Below, piece by piece: positions 36,492-46,680 of a DNA stretch of 64,000 nucleotides. The position numbers and the translations under genes were made by a program. Location: positions 25,802 through 89,801 of IMG/VR virus record IMGVR_UViG_2582581315_000004; one strand, 5' to 3'. The notes beneath the pieces are model-generated. The model was not told where the DNA came from. It made no database searches and worked only from the letters and a program-made list of their open reading frames with translations. This DNA is from a virus. Its lineage: Duplodnaviria; Heunggongvirae; Uroviricota; Caudoviricetes. Within the stretch, counting starts at the first letter, position 1; every line of letters starts with the position of its first letter.

Positions 36492-36835
36492 ATGGTGAGC
36501 GGGAAGCAATGCGCGGTGCCATCGCCGACGCCGCGTTGGCGGCCATCACGGTCGGGGTTTCCGTCGATGAGGACGGCAACTTGACAGCCTACGTCAAGAA
36601 TGTCGCGCAATCGGAAGCACAGAGTTCGATGCGGCAGAGGCTGCACGAATACAATTCGCAGCTCCACGACCGCGTCAAGCAAAACGATCCTGTTCGGATC
36701 AAACGTCTCCAGGAAGCAATCGAAGGTGAATGCGAGGGCCTGGCCATCACGGATGAACAGGCGACGCAGATTCTCTTTTATCTTGACACCGGCGGCGGCC
36801 CGGCTGTCACCGCGGAAGCCTCTCATGAACGGTGA
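36488..36835 (+). CDS. hypothetical protein
   Basis: 115-aa ORF. Confidence 0.4.
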   Translation: MNGEREAMRGAIADAALAAITVGVSVDEDGNLTAYVKNVAQSEAQSSMRQRLHEYNSQLHDRVKQNDPVRIKRLQEAIEGECEGLAITDEQATQILFYLDTGGGPAVTAEASHER

Positions 36836-37076
36836 TCTGAGATGGGAGCCGGGTGGCATAATACCGAATTCGCTGGAGGCAAAATCCGGCAATGGTACCG
36901 TCGCAACGATTTTCGTACTCGATAGCGGTCGGTTCAAATGGAAAATCGAGGCAGTCCGGATGCATTATCTCGGGAACGCCTATGGAGAAACGGCTCGAAT
37001 GTCCACCGCCAAACGAGCGATCGAGCGAAACTGGCGACGATGGCTTGGGCATTACGGATTGGCTCAAAATGTCTGA
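36825..37076 (+). CDS. hypothetical protein
   Basis: Internal ATG of the longer ORF that starts at 36600. Confidence 0.35.
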   Translation: MNGDLRWEPGGIIPNSLEAKSGNGTVATIFVLDSGRFKWKIEAVRMHYLGNAYGETARMSTAKRAIERNWRRWLGHYGLAQNV

Positions 37077-37599
37077 TCTATTCATGCGCCGCTCGGCGAT
37101 CATCTCGACTTGCAAGCTCTACCGCTATGAGCTCCGGCGCATCTGGAATGACCGGCTTCCGCTCCTCGTCGTCTGCATGCTCAATCCGAGCACGGCTGAT
37201 GACGAGAAGGAGGACATGACACTCCTGGCGTTGATCCACTTCGCCACGCTCTGGGGATATGGCGGCCTGCTGGTCGTCAACCTCTACGGCTACCGGTCGT
37301 CCAAGCCGACCGAGATGTTCGCACGGGGGCAGAAGGCCTTCGGGCCTGACAACGACAATTATATCAAAGCCGCGATCGAGTACGCCGCGGCCAATGGCGG
37401 CAGGATGCTGGCTGCTTGGGGCAATGACGGCCACAAAGGCGGTTATTGCACCTATGTTGCCCAGCTGGCGCGCGAGGAGCGCGTAGCTCTCGTGTGCCTT
37501 GGGACGACGAATTCAGGGCAGCCAAAGCACCCTATGGCGCGCGGCAAGCATCGCATTCCCCGCGATCAGATGCCGATAGTTTGGAGGGAGTCGGCATGA
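37069..37599 (+). CDS. DUF1643-family protein
   Basis: CKLYRYELRRIWNDRLPLLVVCMLNPSTADDEKEDMT fits the DUF1643 signature. Confidence 0.5.
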   Translation: MSDLFMRRSAIISTCKLYRYELRRIWNDRLPLLVVCMLNPSTADDEKEDMTLLALIHFATLWGYGGLLVVNLYGYRSSKPTEMFARGQKAFGPDNDNYIKAAIEYAAANGGRMLAAWGNDGHKGGYCTYVAQLAREERVALVCLGTTNSGQPKHPMARGKHRIPRDQMPIVWRESA

Positions 37600-37898
37600 C
37601 CTTTGACGAATACTCTGCACTTCACCCAGAGGCAGCGCAGTCGACCTATCGTGGCTCGAAGCCAGATCGCGGAAGGCTCGTCGTTGGAAGGCAATATCCC
37701 GACGAGGGCTATGCTGTGGTTCGATGCGGAAATACAGAGATCCAGGTTGGATACACGTTGCTCCGAAGCGTCTGGCTTTTCGATAAGGAGAGCGCGGTGA
37801 GCGGCGATCTGGCCAATCTTCAGGCCGCCATAGACAGCATCATCTGCGAGGCGTCGCTAGGGAGGACCGGCGATGGATCTGTTTCGTCTGTCCCCTGA
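37596..37898 (+). CDS. hypothetical protein
   Basis: ATGA overlap with the upstream gene. Confidence 0.4.
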   Translation: MTFDEYSALHPEAAQSTYRGSKPDRGRLVVGRQYPDEGYAVVRCGNTEIQVGYTLLRSVWLFDKESAVSGDLANLQAAIDSIICEASLGRTGDGSVSSVP

Positions 37899-38121
37899 GG
37901 CTGAGGCTCGTGCCGCCGCGACCCGCCAATGGCAGATCCAGAAGGAACGGCAATTCGCCAGCATGACGAACGAGAGCCTGGTGGCTAATGCCAAATTCTA
38001 TGCCAGCCAGATGGAGCCACTAGGGTTCGCTCCGGGCGAACCGATCTACGAAGCTACGATGTGGCACGTGATTTTACCGGAACTAATTCGGAGGCTCGAT
38101 GAACAGAATGATCGACGATAG
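37873..38121 (+). CDS. hypothetical protein
   Basis: 82-aa ORF. Confidence 0.4.
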   Translation: MDLFRLSPEAEARAAATRQWQIQKERQFASMTNESLVANAKFYASQMEPLGFAPGEPIYEATMWHVILPELIRRLDEQNDRR

Positions 38122-38350
38122 GACCAAGAGAGTCGCCATGGCGATCGCTTGGCATCACTGTGATCGCAAACGATGGCTTGGACATTGCACGAAGGAGCAG
38201 CGAAACGACTATTTCGCCGCGCATGAATGGCAAACGTTCGTGCCGGCTGCCGTCGGCGCCATCGCTGCGCTGGAAGGTTCGAGAACTATGAAGCCCGGTG
38301 ATGACCAGGTCCGCGTCAATACTCTGCTTGTTGGAGAGCATCATGACTGA
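38099..38350 (+). CDS. hypothetical protein
   Basis: 83-aa ORF. Confidence 0.4.
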   Translation: MNRMIDDRTKRVAMAIAWHHCDRKRWLGHCTKEQRNDYFAAHEWQTFVPAAVGAIAALEGSRTMKPGDDQVRVNTLLVGEHHD

Positions 38351-39701
38351 AATCACTGGCAAGGATCTGATTGACGCCGGCGCCAAGCCAGGCAAGTGGT
38401 TCAAGGCGGCAATCGAGTGCGCCAACAAGTTGATTAGCGAGGGTAGCGAACGCGATAAGGTCATCGCCGCGACTATCCTGGAATTTGAGCCGCTGGCTCA
38501 TCTCCCATTGCGATCGTTCCGGCCGAGTTTCTACATGAACATTCGAGCTGAGAATGAGCATGAGGCCAACAACGTCGATTCCGTCTATCTGACAATGGCG
38601 GAAGTGATGCGCACGCCGATGGTGCAGGCCGGGGCGGTGATGCCTGATGCCTGCCCGGCCGGTCCGCTCGGCACAATTCCGGTCGGCGGCGTCGTGGCCT
38701 CGAGTGCCATCCATCCCGGCATGCACTCGGCAGACGTTTGCTGCTCGATGGCGATCACTATTTTCGACGGACTCCCGCCGGCGGCCCTCTTGGACGCCGT
38801 CCACCGAGTTACCCATTTCGGTCCAGGCGGCCGGCAAGTCGGAGTTGGCGGCGTCACGGAGCTCGACATAGACAATCCATTCCTGCGCGACGCACGTGCT
38901 CTATCTCCCACACATTTCGCGACCCAGGGCGACGGCAACCACTTCGCCTTCGTCGGTAGCATGAAATCGACTGGCCAAACCACCCTGGTTACCCACCACG
39001 GTTCGCGCGGGCCGGGCGCTGCGGTCTATAAAGCGGGCATGCGCGTTGCCGAACGGTTCCGCCAGCAACTCTCGCCAGACACGCTGAAGCAGAATGCCTG
39101 GATACCTGCTGACACACGCGAGGGAGAGCAGTATTGGGCCGCGCTGCAGGCCATCCGCAAATGGACCAAGGCGAGCCATTTTGCCATTCATGACATGGCG
39201 GCTTTGGACATCGGCGCTCGAGTCGCCGATCGGTTCTGGAACGAGCACAATTTCGTCTTCAGGAAGAGCGACGGACTTTTCTATCACGCCAAGGGCGCGA
39301 CGCCGGCGTTTGACGGCTGGGGGGATGATGCCACCGATCTCACAATCATTCCTTTGAACATGGCACAGCCCATTCTGATCGCCCGCGGCCGTAATGCCGA
39401 TAACGGACTTGGTTTCTCGCCGCATGGTGCCGGCCGAAACTTCTCCAGGACGCAGCATAAGCGATTGATGGAGGGGCGGACCGATGCCGAGATCTTCGCC
39501 GAGGAAACGCGCGGCATCGATGCCAGGTTCTATATGGGCATCCCAGATATTTCCGAACTGCCGAGTGCCTACAAGAATGCGGCGACCGTTCGTGCGCAGA
39601 TCGGCGAGTACGGCTTGGCCGACATCGTCGACGAGGTGATGCCGTATGGTTGCATCATGGCGGGTGACTGGGAACAGAACGCGCCGTGGAGGAAGAAATG
39701 A
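38343..39701 (+). CDS. rtcB: RtcB-family RNA ligase
   Basis: MPDACPAG, QGDGNHFAFVG and THHGSRGPG match the RtcB metal- and GTP-binding signatures. RBS GGAGAGCATC. Confidence 0.8.
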   Translation: MTEITGKDLIDAGAKPGKWFKAAIECANKLISEGSERDKVIAATILEFEPLAHLPLRSFRPSFYMNIRAENEHEANNVDSVYLTMAEVMRTPMVQAGAVMPDACPAGPLGTIPVGGVVASSAIHPGMHSADVCCSMAITIFDGLPPAALLDAVHRVTHFGPGGRQVGVGGVTELDIDNPFLRDARALSPTHFATQGDGNHFAFVGSMKSTGQTTLVTHHGSRGPGAAVYKAGMRVAERFRQQLSPDTLKQNAWIPADTREGEQYWAALQAIRKWTKASHFAIHDMAALDIGARVADRFWNEHNFVFRKSDGLFYHAKGATPAFDGWGDDATDLTIIPLNMAQPILIARGRNADNGLGFSPHGAGRNFSRTQHKRLMEGRTDAEIFAEETRGIDARFYMGIPDISELPSAYKNAATVRAQIGEYGLADIVDEVMPYGCIMAGDWEQNAPWRKK

Positions 39702-40234
39702 TCCTTCCTCCCATCGAATTCGATGGCAAGACCGTCACGCCGAAGGGCGGCGTCTATCGTTGCCCACACAAATGCTCTCAGAGCGGATACCCGCAGCCGA
39801 CATGGAAGACGGAGAAGGGATTCCGGAGGCATATAGCTTCCTGCCCGAAGGGGAGCACCTTCAAGGCGGAGGCGATTGCGAAGGAGGAGGCGAACGAAGC
39901 CGACAAAGCTGCGTTCGTCGCATCGCATCCGTTCAAGCATAGCGTTGGCGACACGATCTATTTCGTCCGCCAATTCACGGTGAAGCCATCGCGAGACTCC
40001 CGCGGCCGTCGGGTGAGGTATGAGGACGTCTATCGATTCAGCGCCTGTTCCTTGACGGTCAAGAGTCTGGGTGCCGGAAACTACTACGGCAGCATAGCCG
40101 CCTGCTATCTGGGTGAACACGAGGCGGTGTTTGAGGTCGATGCTCTTCCCGACCAGGCATCAGCTGATCGGATCGCTGCAGAGAAGCAGTCGGCGCACGA
40201 TGAACATTTGAGATTTTCGGCGTTTTGCCGATAG
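39697..40234 (+). CDS. hypothetical protein (Cys/His-containing)
   Basis: RBS GGAGGAAGAA precedes the ATG. Overlaps the rtcB stop. Confidence 0.45.
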
Positions 40235-40241
40235 GAGAAAT

Positions 40242-41270
40242 ATGAGCAACCGCACCATAGTCCGCATGAACTTCGGTAGCCACCTCTATGGTACCGCGAC
40301 GCCGGCGTCCGACATGGACTTCAAGAGCGTCTTCATTCCTGACGCGCGATCGATCCTAATGCAATCCGTCAAACCAACGATCAACAATCACCGACCGAAA
40401 GGCAACGGCGAAAAGAACTATGCGGGCGAGATCGACGAAGAGCAGATAAGCATCCAGAAATTCCTTCATCTCGCGGCCGAAGGGCAGACGATGGCGCTCG
40501 ATATGCTGTTCGCCCCTGATTATGCGATCGTTGGCGAGTCATCATGGGAATGGCGGGAGATAATCGCAAACCGCCATCTGCTCCTGACCAGGAAGTCCGC
40601 CGCTTTCATCGGTTATGCAAGGACCCAAGCATCAAAATACGGCGTGAAAGGCTCTCGCGTTGCTGCGTCGCGCGTTGCCCTCGCGTTGCTCGAGCAAGGG
40701 ATGCGCGATCATGGAACTACCGCAAAGCTGCAAGTGATCGGCGATGCGGTGGTGAAGATGGCGTCTGAAACTGAACACATGCAGATGCTGTCGGACGTGA
40801 CCACGCACGGCCAAAGGGTAGAACTCTGGGAGGTATGCGATCGAAAGATGCCGTTCACCGCGTCGATCAAGAACGCTCATGATATCATGAAGCGGGTTGT
40901 TGACGAATATGGCCGGCGCGCGCTGATGGCCGAAACTCAGCAAGGTATCGACTGGAAGGCGCTATCACACGCGGTGAGGGTGGGGCAGCAAGCCGTTGAG
41001 CTGCTCACGACAGGCCATGTCTCCTTCCCGCTACCCGACGCGTCGCACATCGTCGATATCAAGCTCGGCAGGTTGTTATATCAGAACGTCGCGCAAGAGA
41101 TCGAAGATCTGCTTGAGCGCGTCGAACAAGCCGCGGCAACTTCGGTGTTGCCGGACCGGCCGGACGAAGAATGGATCTGGCGGTTCCTCGTCCACGTTCA
41201 CCGGCAAGCGGTGACAAAAGGCGAGTTGCCGATCTATCCACCGGTCATCCACCAAGGACATCAACCATGA
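40242..41270 (+). CDS. Pol-beta-superfamily nucleotidyltransferase
   Basis: [20 protein letters not shown] matches the hG[GS]x(9-13)DhD nucleotidyltransferase motif. Confidence 0.6.
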   Translation: MSNRTIVRMNFGSHLYGTATPASDMDFKSVFIPDARSILMQSVKPTINNHRPKGNGEKNYAGEIDEEQISIQKFLHLAAEGQTMALDMLFAPDYAIVGESSWEWREIIANRHLLLTRKSAAFIGYARTQASKYGVKGSRVAASRVALALLEQGMRDHGTTAKLQVIGDAVVKMASETEHMQMLSDVTTHGQRVELWEVCDRKMPFTASIKNAHDIMKRVVDEYGRRALMAETQQGIDWKALSHAVRVGQQAVELLTTGHVSFPLPDASHIVDIKLGRLLYQNVAQEIEDLLERVEQAAATSVLPDRPDEEWIWRFLVHVHRQAVTKGELPIYPPVIHQGHQP

Positions 41271-41767
41271 GCAAAGATTTGGAAAAGCACGCTCTTCGCT
41301 TTGCGACTCGAGCTCATGGCGATCAGAAGCGCAAATATTCGGGCGAGCCATACATCGTGCATCCGATCGCTGTGGCGGAGATCGTGCGCAGTGTGGCCCA
41401 CACGCCGGAAATGATTGCCGCTGCTCTTCTTCATGATACCGTCGAAGACACGCCAGTGACGCTCCTGGATATCAAAGACAACTTCGGGATCAAAGTTGCT
41501 CAGATCGTAGCTTGGCTGACGGACATCTCGACGCCGTTCCATGGGAATAGGGCAGTTCGCAAAGAGCTGGACCGCCATCACCTCGCATTGGCGCCTGCCG
41601 AAGCTAAGACGATCAAGCTAGCAGATCTTATCGACAACTCTGCTTCGATCAAGGAACGGGATCCGGACTTCTGGCGCGTCTACCGCGGGGAGAAGTTCAG
41701 GCTTCTCGAAGTATTGGGCGAGGGGGATGCAACACTGTTGTCCAGAGCGAAGTCTCTTGTTATGTGA
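41267..41767 (+). CDS. SpoT/RelA-type HD-domain small alarmone hydrolase (SAH)
   Basis: [25 protein letters not shown] and LLHDTVEDT mirror the SpoT hydrolase core. 166 aa, close to the size of Mesh1 and other SAHs. Confidence 0.7.
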   Translation: MSKDLEKHALRFATRAHGDQKRKYSGEPYIVHPIAVAEIVRSVAHTPEMIAAALLHDTVEDTPVTLLDIKDNFGIKVAQIVAWLTDISTPFHGNRAVRKELDRHHLALAPAEAKTIKLADLIDNSASIKERDPDFWRVYRGEKFRLLEVLGEGDATLLSRAKSLVM

Positions 41768-41768
41768 T

Positions 41769-42419
41769 CTAAAACCAAAGCTTCGGCAAGTGATCGAAGA
41801 TCAGTTTGACGGTCTGTTTCACGCCTTCCTCGAGTCCCTTCGTGCTCAGCCACGTCAACGCCGGCAATATTGTTCTGCGTAAGAGTTTGACATCGATCTT
41901 GTTGCCTTTCAGCAGAGTGGCGCCCGACTCCAATTCAGTAACGCGCCGCTCCGCATCTGGATCGTTCATGAGTTGGTTATTGCTTCTTACGGAGCGAAGG
42001 GTTTCCTTAATGTGGTGCTCTAAGTCATGGAAAAGATCGACCATGTCTTCACGGGAGGCGACATGCTCATCGAGCGGAAGATCATTTACCGCCTGACCTT
42101 GATCTCCACTGACGATTGATTGCGCATCATCCATCAGCTCCCAAATGTCTTCGCCGCGCGATACGCAAATTGCTTCGGCTCGCCTCAGTCCAGCCAACGA
42201 CAATCTTATCCGACCCACATAATCGCCAGGAGTGAGGTATCTGTCCGAGCGCAGATCTTCTTCAGTCGGTTCAACCCAGCTCTGGTAATATTTTCCGGGA
42301 ACGTGGGTGGCTACGTCCGATGTAACAAGAGTGAGCGCTAGGTCGCCACCGGAGAGGATGGCGCATTGCACGAGCAATTCGTTTTTGAACTCATCAAGCG
42401 TCAGGCGTCCGTTCTTCAT
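41769..42419 (-). CDS. hypothetical protein (opposite-strand cargo)
   Basis: 216-aa ORF convergent with the + operon. No recognisable motif. Confidence 0.45.
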   Translation of the reverse strand: MKNGRLTLDEFKNELLVQCAILSGGDLALTLVTSDVATHVPGKYYQSWVEPTEEDLRSDRYLTPGDYVGRIRLSLAGLRRAEAICVSRGEDIWELMDDAQSIVSGDQGQAVNDLPLDEHVASREDMVDLFHDLEHHIKETLRSVRSNNQLMNDPDAERRVTELESGATLLKGNKIDVKLLRRTILPALTWLSTKGLEEGVKQTVKLIFDHLPKLWF

Positions 42420-42442
42420 TCACATCACCGGATCTGGGCGCT

Positions 42443-42763
42443 TCAGGTCCGCGGCTTCTTCAGATACCGACCCGGTTGGAATGATCCGTCTTCAGAAGTC
42501 AGGACTGATTTTATCCGTTCCGGCAGCCGCCCGAGACCGTTCAGCTCCTGGAAGGCATCCATCATCTTGTCGAACGCAGCCTGTGCCAACTGGAGATCAG
42601 CTTCACGCCTCTTCTCCTCTTCGATGTTCGCTTGATACGCGATCGCCATATCAATCTCAGTTCTGCGCCGCTCGAGCTCGGCGACGGACATCTCCAAAAG
42701 CTCCGGTCGAAGTTTGCCGACGTCGCCGATTTCGAACTTCTTTTTCTCTTCGATGATAGCCAT
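42443..42763 (-). CDS. hypothetical coiled-coil protein
   Basis: 106 aa; Glu/Lys-rich coiled-coil. Lies upstream of the 41769 gene. Confidence 0.4.
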   Translation of the reverse strand: MAIIEEKKKFEIGDVGKLRPELLEMSVAELERRRTEIDMAIAYQANIEEEKRREADLQLAQAAFDKMMDAFQELNGLGRLPERIKSVLTSEDGSFQPGRYLKKPRT

Positions 42764-43204
42764 TGGTTTTTTCCCTGCTTGCGAAGGTGGATTGAAAGCA
42801 TTTGCCGGCGAAGCGGTCAACGATTGATTCCGCGGTTTCATGCCAAATGGTTATCGGTATCTTGAAGCAATGGAGCGCGGGCTTGTCAAAAAGTTCGACG
42901 TTAAGCGTGCAGAGAATTTGCCAAATTGCAGGCACAAACCGTGAATCAATGAAAATTAATTGTTGCCGTTTTGCCCGTCAATATTCTCCATAGCTGGGCT
43001 AGGAAATTCCTCTAATGGCGCCAGAATCAACAAAAATTAATTCAAAAGATGCCGTTGACCGCTCTGAGTTTTTCGACTCAGATCATAGCCGAATCTGATG
43101 GTTCCGATGGGGACCGAATCAACCTCAATACTTCGTGAGAAGGGGCGACCGATGGGGCCGGAATTGATCATCCGGTCGCTATGAAGTCGCCCCGCGACAA
43201 TAGC

Positions 43205-43278
43205 GCGGATGTAGCTCAGTGGTAGAGCGGCTGGTTTCCACTCAGCGCGCGAGAGTTCGATCCTCTCTATCCGCTCCA
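43205..43278 (+). tRNA. tRNA-Gly (UCC)
   Basis: GCGGATGTAGCTCAGTGGTAGAGC...TTCGATC...TATCCGCTCCA folds as a clean cloverleaf with anticodon UCC. Confidence 0.85.
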
Positions 43279-43772
43279 GATCTGGAAGCCCGAAAGGGGA
43301 ATTCAGGGCATGGAACTGATCACCCCGCTTCCCAAGTTGGGGAGAGCCACGCCGGACGCTGTTACCGGCCTTCCAGAGAATTTCAGAGCGCCGGCACACA
43401 CCCCGGCCGCGACCTTGGCCCGTTTCCGGTTGAACGGCTTGGATGGCGATACCTAAAACCGGCAGGCAACGCGCTCCAACAGGAGGCTACCAGCCTGATA
43501 GCGAGGCGCGGAACGGGTTAACTAACCGGTCTACGGCGCGGAGTGGGGAAGCCCCAGCCTCGAAGTTTCGCCGAAAGGCATCGAGTATGCGTGAGGGGAT
43601 ACCTCAGATCGTGAACCCCGAAGTGGTCGCCGGGCACGCAGAGCAATGAGCGCTGATGGGCAACGAGGCGCGAAAGGTCCTGGAGACTGAGTAGGTGGCG
43701 ATCCGGAAAGACGGATAGCCCGTCATCATTGGATGGCGGGTTTCTCATTACCACCAATCGAGAGAATTGAAC

Positions 43773-44291
43773 ATGGCAGATTTGTCTAGGCGCTCGTTCC
43801 TTCGAGGCGCTCTCACGGTGGCTGCCGTGGCCGCGGCGGCTCCGGTTCTCGCAAAATTGCCAGAGCCTGCAGCAGTCAAGGCTCCTCCTGCAGAACTGTA
43901 CCCGATACTGCATGGCGATGGCATTCATAACGATGCGCCGGCTCTGAATGCCTTGTTCAATGGCAAGCCGTTCATTTGCGAAGGTGAGACAATCACGATT
44001 GGACCAAACGACTGCGCCTATCTCGCGCACGGCGTTTATTTGGTCGGAGAGCCGCTGATCATAAGCCACCCGCTGGTTAAAATCAGGGACGTCACGTTTA
44101 AGACTCCGGCGGAATTCATTGATTGGCCTGTGCTTACCTTCAACAAGTCGGTAGGCTTCCCTTCCATCAGCGGGACTTATTTCGACATTGCTGCACACCC
44201 AAAGGAAGCGCTGAAGGCGCCATCTGCTCGGTATCCGTTTGCGAGCAATTACATAAGCCGCCCGATGCCAGCGGTTGGCGGACATTGGTGA
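43773..44291 (+). CDS. Tat-signal secreted protein
   Basis: Twin-arginine motif SRRSFLRGALTVAAVAAAAP. Confidence 0.55.
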   Translation: MADLSRRSFLRGALTVAAVAAAAPVLAKLPEPAAVKAPPAELYPILHGDGIHNDAPALNALFNGKPFICEGETITIGPNDCAYLAHGVYLVGEPLIISHPLVKIRDVTFKTPAEFIDWPVLTFNKSVGFPSISGTYFDIAAHPKEALKAPSARYPFASNYISRPMPAVGGHW

Positions 44292-44441
44292 TGACATCGC
44301 AGCCAGATCGGCGCAACGCCTGGTCGGGCTTTTCAGTTCCTGCAGGCACGCAAACAAGGGGCTCCAGTAGCGCCTATCAAACGAGTGCCCCCGAAAGACC
44401 CAGAGGCGCAAGCCAGTCCAAGCTCTTAGGATAGGTCCTGC

Positions 44442-44762
44442 ATGGAAGCGATTCTGACGATGGCGCTGCTGTTGCTAGGCGCGCATTGGGGATGTGACTA
44501 TCCCCTTCAGGGACCGTTCCTTTCCGAGGCGAAAGCTAAAGGCCCGCTGCGCTTCTATCACCTCGTCGCCCACGCCGGCATTCAGGGAACGGCCGTCGCT
44601 CTGGTCACCGGCAATGTTTGGCTTGGTCTGGCCGAATGGATCGCCCACACCGTCATCGATGAACTGAAGGTTCGTGGAAAGACGAGCTTCGCGCTCGACC
44701 AAGCGCTGCACATCGCGTGCAAGCTGGCATGGCTGGCAATCATCTTTGGAGCACTAAGATGA
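44442..44762 (+). CDS. small membrane protein
   Basis: Hydrophobic segments at both the N- and C-terminus. Confidence 0.45.
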   Translation: MEAILTMALLLLGAHWGCDYPLQGPFLSEAKAKGPLRFYHLVAHAGIQGTAVALVTGNVWLGLAEWIAHTVIDELKVRGKTSFALDQALHIACKLAWLAIIFGALR

Positions 44763-44971
44763 AGCTGGAAATCACCAAAGAGTGGTTCAACAGGCGCGTC
44801 GCGCTTGAAGGCGACAATGAGATCGGCGCCGGCACTCAGGTTTGCAACTGCATCGGCCCGCAGAACGGCGAGCCTCTTTGCCCATGCGGCATGCGTGGTG
44901 TTTCGATAGTCAGCGGCCGATACGTTCAGACGCGGGATCTTGGCCCAGTTCCCAAAGGCAAAAGCACATGA
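44759..44971 (+). CDS. hypothetical Cys-containing small protein
   Basis: ATGA overlap with the upstream gene; CNCIGPQNGEPLCPCG. Confidence 0.4.
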   Translation: MKLEITKEWFNRRVALEGDNEIGAGTQVCNCIGPQNGEPLCPCGMRGVSIVSGRYVQTRDLGPVPKGKST

Positions 44972-45495
44972 CGGAAGATTTCCTTTGCCCGCGCCGCGCC
45001 GAGAGTTTCGGGGCGTTCCCTGGCCGCGACACTTGGGAAGACCGAAACGGCTACCAGCATTGCTCCTACTGCGGTTCGCTGAAGCCCGAGGCGCTGTTTC
45101 AGGCAATCGAGGTCGGCGCTGAACTCGGCCCGACTGACAAAAACTACAAGGTCTATGTCGATCTGCCGGATCCTCGCGTTGGTCAACCGAAGATCGTCGG
45201 TATGCGCAATTCGCCGCCGACTGAGAGCGACACCAGTTGGGTCAAGGTCACGGAAGAGAACCTTCCGGAAGTTCTCGCCGATGGCTGGGGCGCTCATAAT
45301 CTGGGCCAATGGATGCTGAAAACGCCGAGATCGGCAACGCTGCAGGACAAGTTTTATTTCCAGCATCTGAGCCCGGAAGAGCAAAGCCGCTTCGTTGACC
45401 TTCTCAACGCGAAGAAAATCAATATTGGCAGCCCCGGCTATTTCTACAGCCTGCCGTTCTTCGTCGTGCCAGCACAGGAGTCAGCCGCGGGATGA
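44968..45495 (+). CDS. hypothetical protein
   Basis: ATGA overlap; CxxC pairs CPRR...CSYCG. Confidence 0.45.
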   Translation: MTEDFLCPRRAESFGAFPGRDTWEDRNGYQHCSYCGSLKPEALFQAIEVGAELGPTDKNYKVYVDLPDPRVGQPKIVGMRNSPPTESDTSWVKVTEENLPEVLADGWGAHNLGQWMLKTPRSATLQDKFYFQHLSPEEQSRFVDLLNAKKINIGSPGYFYSLPFFVVPAQESAAG

Positions 45496-45734
45496 AAGTC
45501 AAGATCGTTGCAGATGGCTCGACCCGCGGAACATTTGTCACAGACATGGATGGTAATCCAGTCGATGGCGTTTCCGAGATAGTCTTTCAACATCAGGGGG
45601 GCGGCGCTCCTGAACTGAAGCTTGGCATTGTCTTGATACCGGCCGTCATCGAGGGGGTCGCTAGGGTGTATGGTCCGAACGGCAAGATGATCTCGAAGAT
45701 CATCTATGAAGGTGGCAGTGAAGTCATTTATTGA
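45492..45734 (+). CDS. hypothetical protein
   Basis: 80-aa ORF. Confidence 0.4.
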   Translation: MKVKIVADGSTRGTFVTDMDGNPVDGVSEIVFQHQGGGAPELKLGIVLIPAVIEGVARVYGPNGKMISKIIYEGGSEVIY

Positions 45735-46311
45735 CCATCCTGTGGTCATCGTCGCTGGTGGTCCGTCGGTCAACGTCAATGACATTCGAACAATAGGGAT
45801 TGCTAGGTCGGTTGACCGGTGCCGGGTGATCGCGGTCAGCGATGCGATATACCCATGCTGGTTTGCCGATTGGCTGCATTCTTCGGATCGTCGTTGGTGG
45901 CAGGAGCACACTGGCGTTTCTGGCTTTTCGGGATACAAATCGTCGCTTGAACCGGTGCCTTATCCCGACGTCAAGACGCTGAGGAATACCGGACTCGAGG
46001 GATATGATCCGCGGCCATGCTGCATCCGCAACGGCGCGAACTCTGGCTATCAGGCCGTCCACCTTGCTGCCCAGCTTGGCGCAAGAAAGATCATTCTTCT
46101 CGGCCTTGATTACACGGACGACGGGGCCAGAACGCATTGGTTCGGGCACCACAAGCCGGGAATGGACAAACATTCGGACGTCCAGCAATGGCGCCGGCTC
46201 CTGCGCGATCTGACGCAGATTTTGAATGCCGCGGGGATAGAGATCCTCAACGCCGGCATGAAATCCACACTGACATGGTTGCCGCGAGTAGACCTCGCGC
46301 TAGAGCTTTAA
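45706..46311 (+). CDS. DUF115/MptE-like (Maf-like) protein
   Basis: VVIVAGGPSVNVND and NGANSGYQAVHLAAQLGARKIILLGLDYT follow the DUF115 layout. Confidence 0.4.
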   Translation: MKVAVKSFIDHPVVIVAGGPSVNVNDIRTIGIARSVDRCRVIAVSDAIYPCWFADWLHSSDRRWWQEHTGVSGFSGYKSSLEPVPYPDVKTLRNTGLEGYDPRPCCIRNGANSGYQAVHLAAQLGARKIILLGLDYTDDGARTHWFGHHKPGMDKHSDVQQWRRLLRDLTQILNAAGIEILNAGMKSTLTWLPRVDLALEL

Positions 46312-46321
46312 GGAGCGCCAC

Positions 46322-46678
46322 ATGACGACGATTGCCCCAAAGTCATTGAATATCGCCGGGTCGGTTGCGCCCTTCGCACCATCGGCCGTCTCTGGCGATG
46401 AAGTCACCTATTCCGGCGGCGATCTGCTGATCGAATTCCGCAATGGTCACACGTCCCCGATCACGGTCAATATCGCACCTACCAAGACCACGGGCATCGT
46501 CAGCGGTGCAGGCCCAGTGCCTATCCCGTCTCGCAGTTTGGTGATCGCAGCCGCCGCAGACGGGGCCTTCCTGCTGAAGGCCGGCGAGATCGGCGCCTAT
46601 GTCAATGCGAACGGGCGCGTGCCGATCACCTATACGGGCGGCAACGTCGCGATGCTTGTCCGGGCGATCCGTCTGTAA
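46322..46678 (+). CDS. hypothetical protein
   Basis: 118-aa ORF. Confidence 0.4.
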   Translation: MTTIAPKSLNIAGSVAPFAPSAVSGDEVTYSGGDLLIEFRNGHTSPITVNIAPTKTTGIVSGAGPVPIPSRSLVIAAAADGAFLLKAGEIGAYVNANGRVPITYTGGNVAMLVRAIRL

Positions 46679-46680
46679 CC

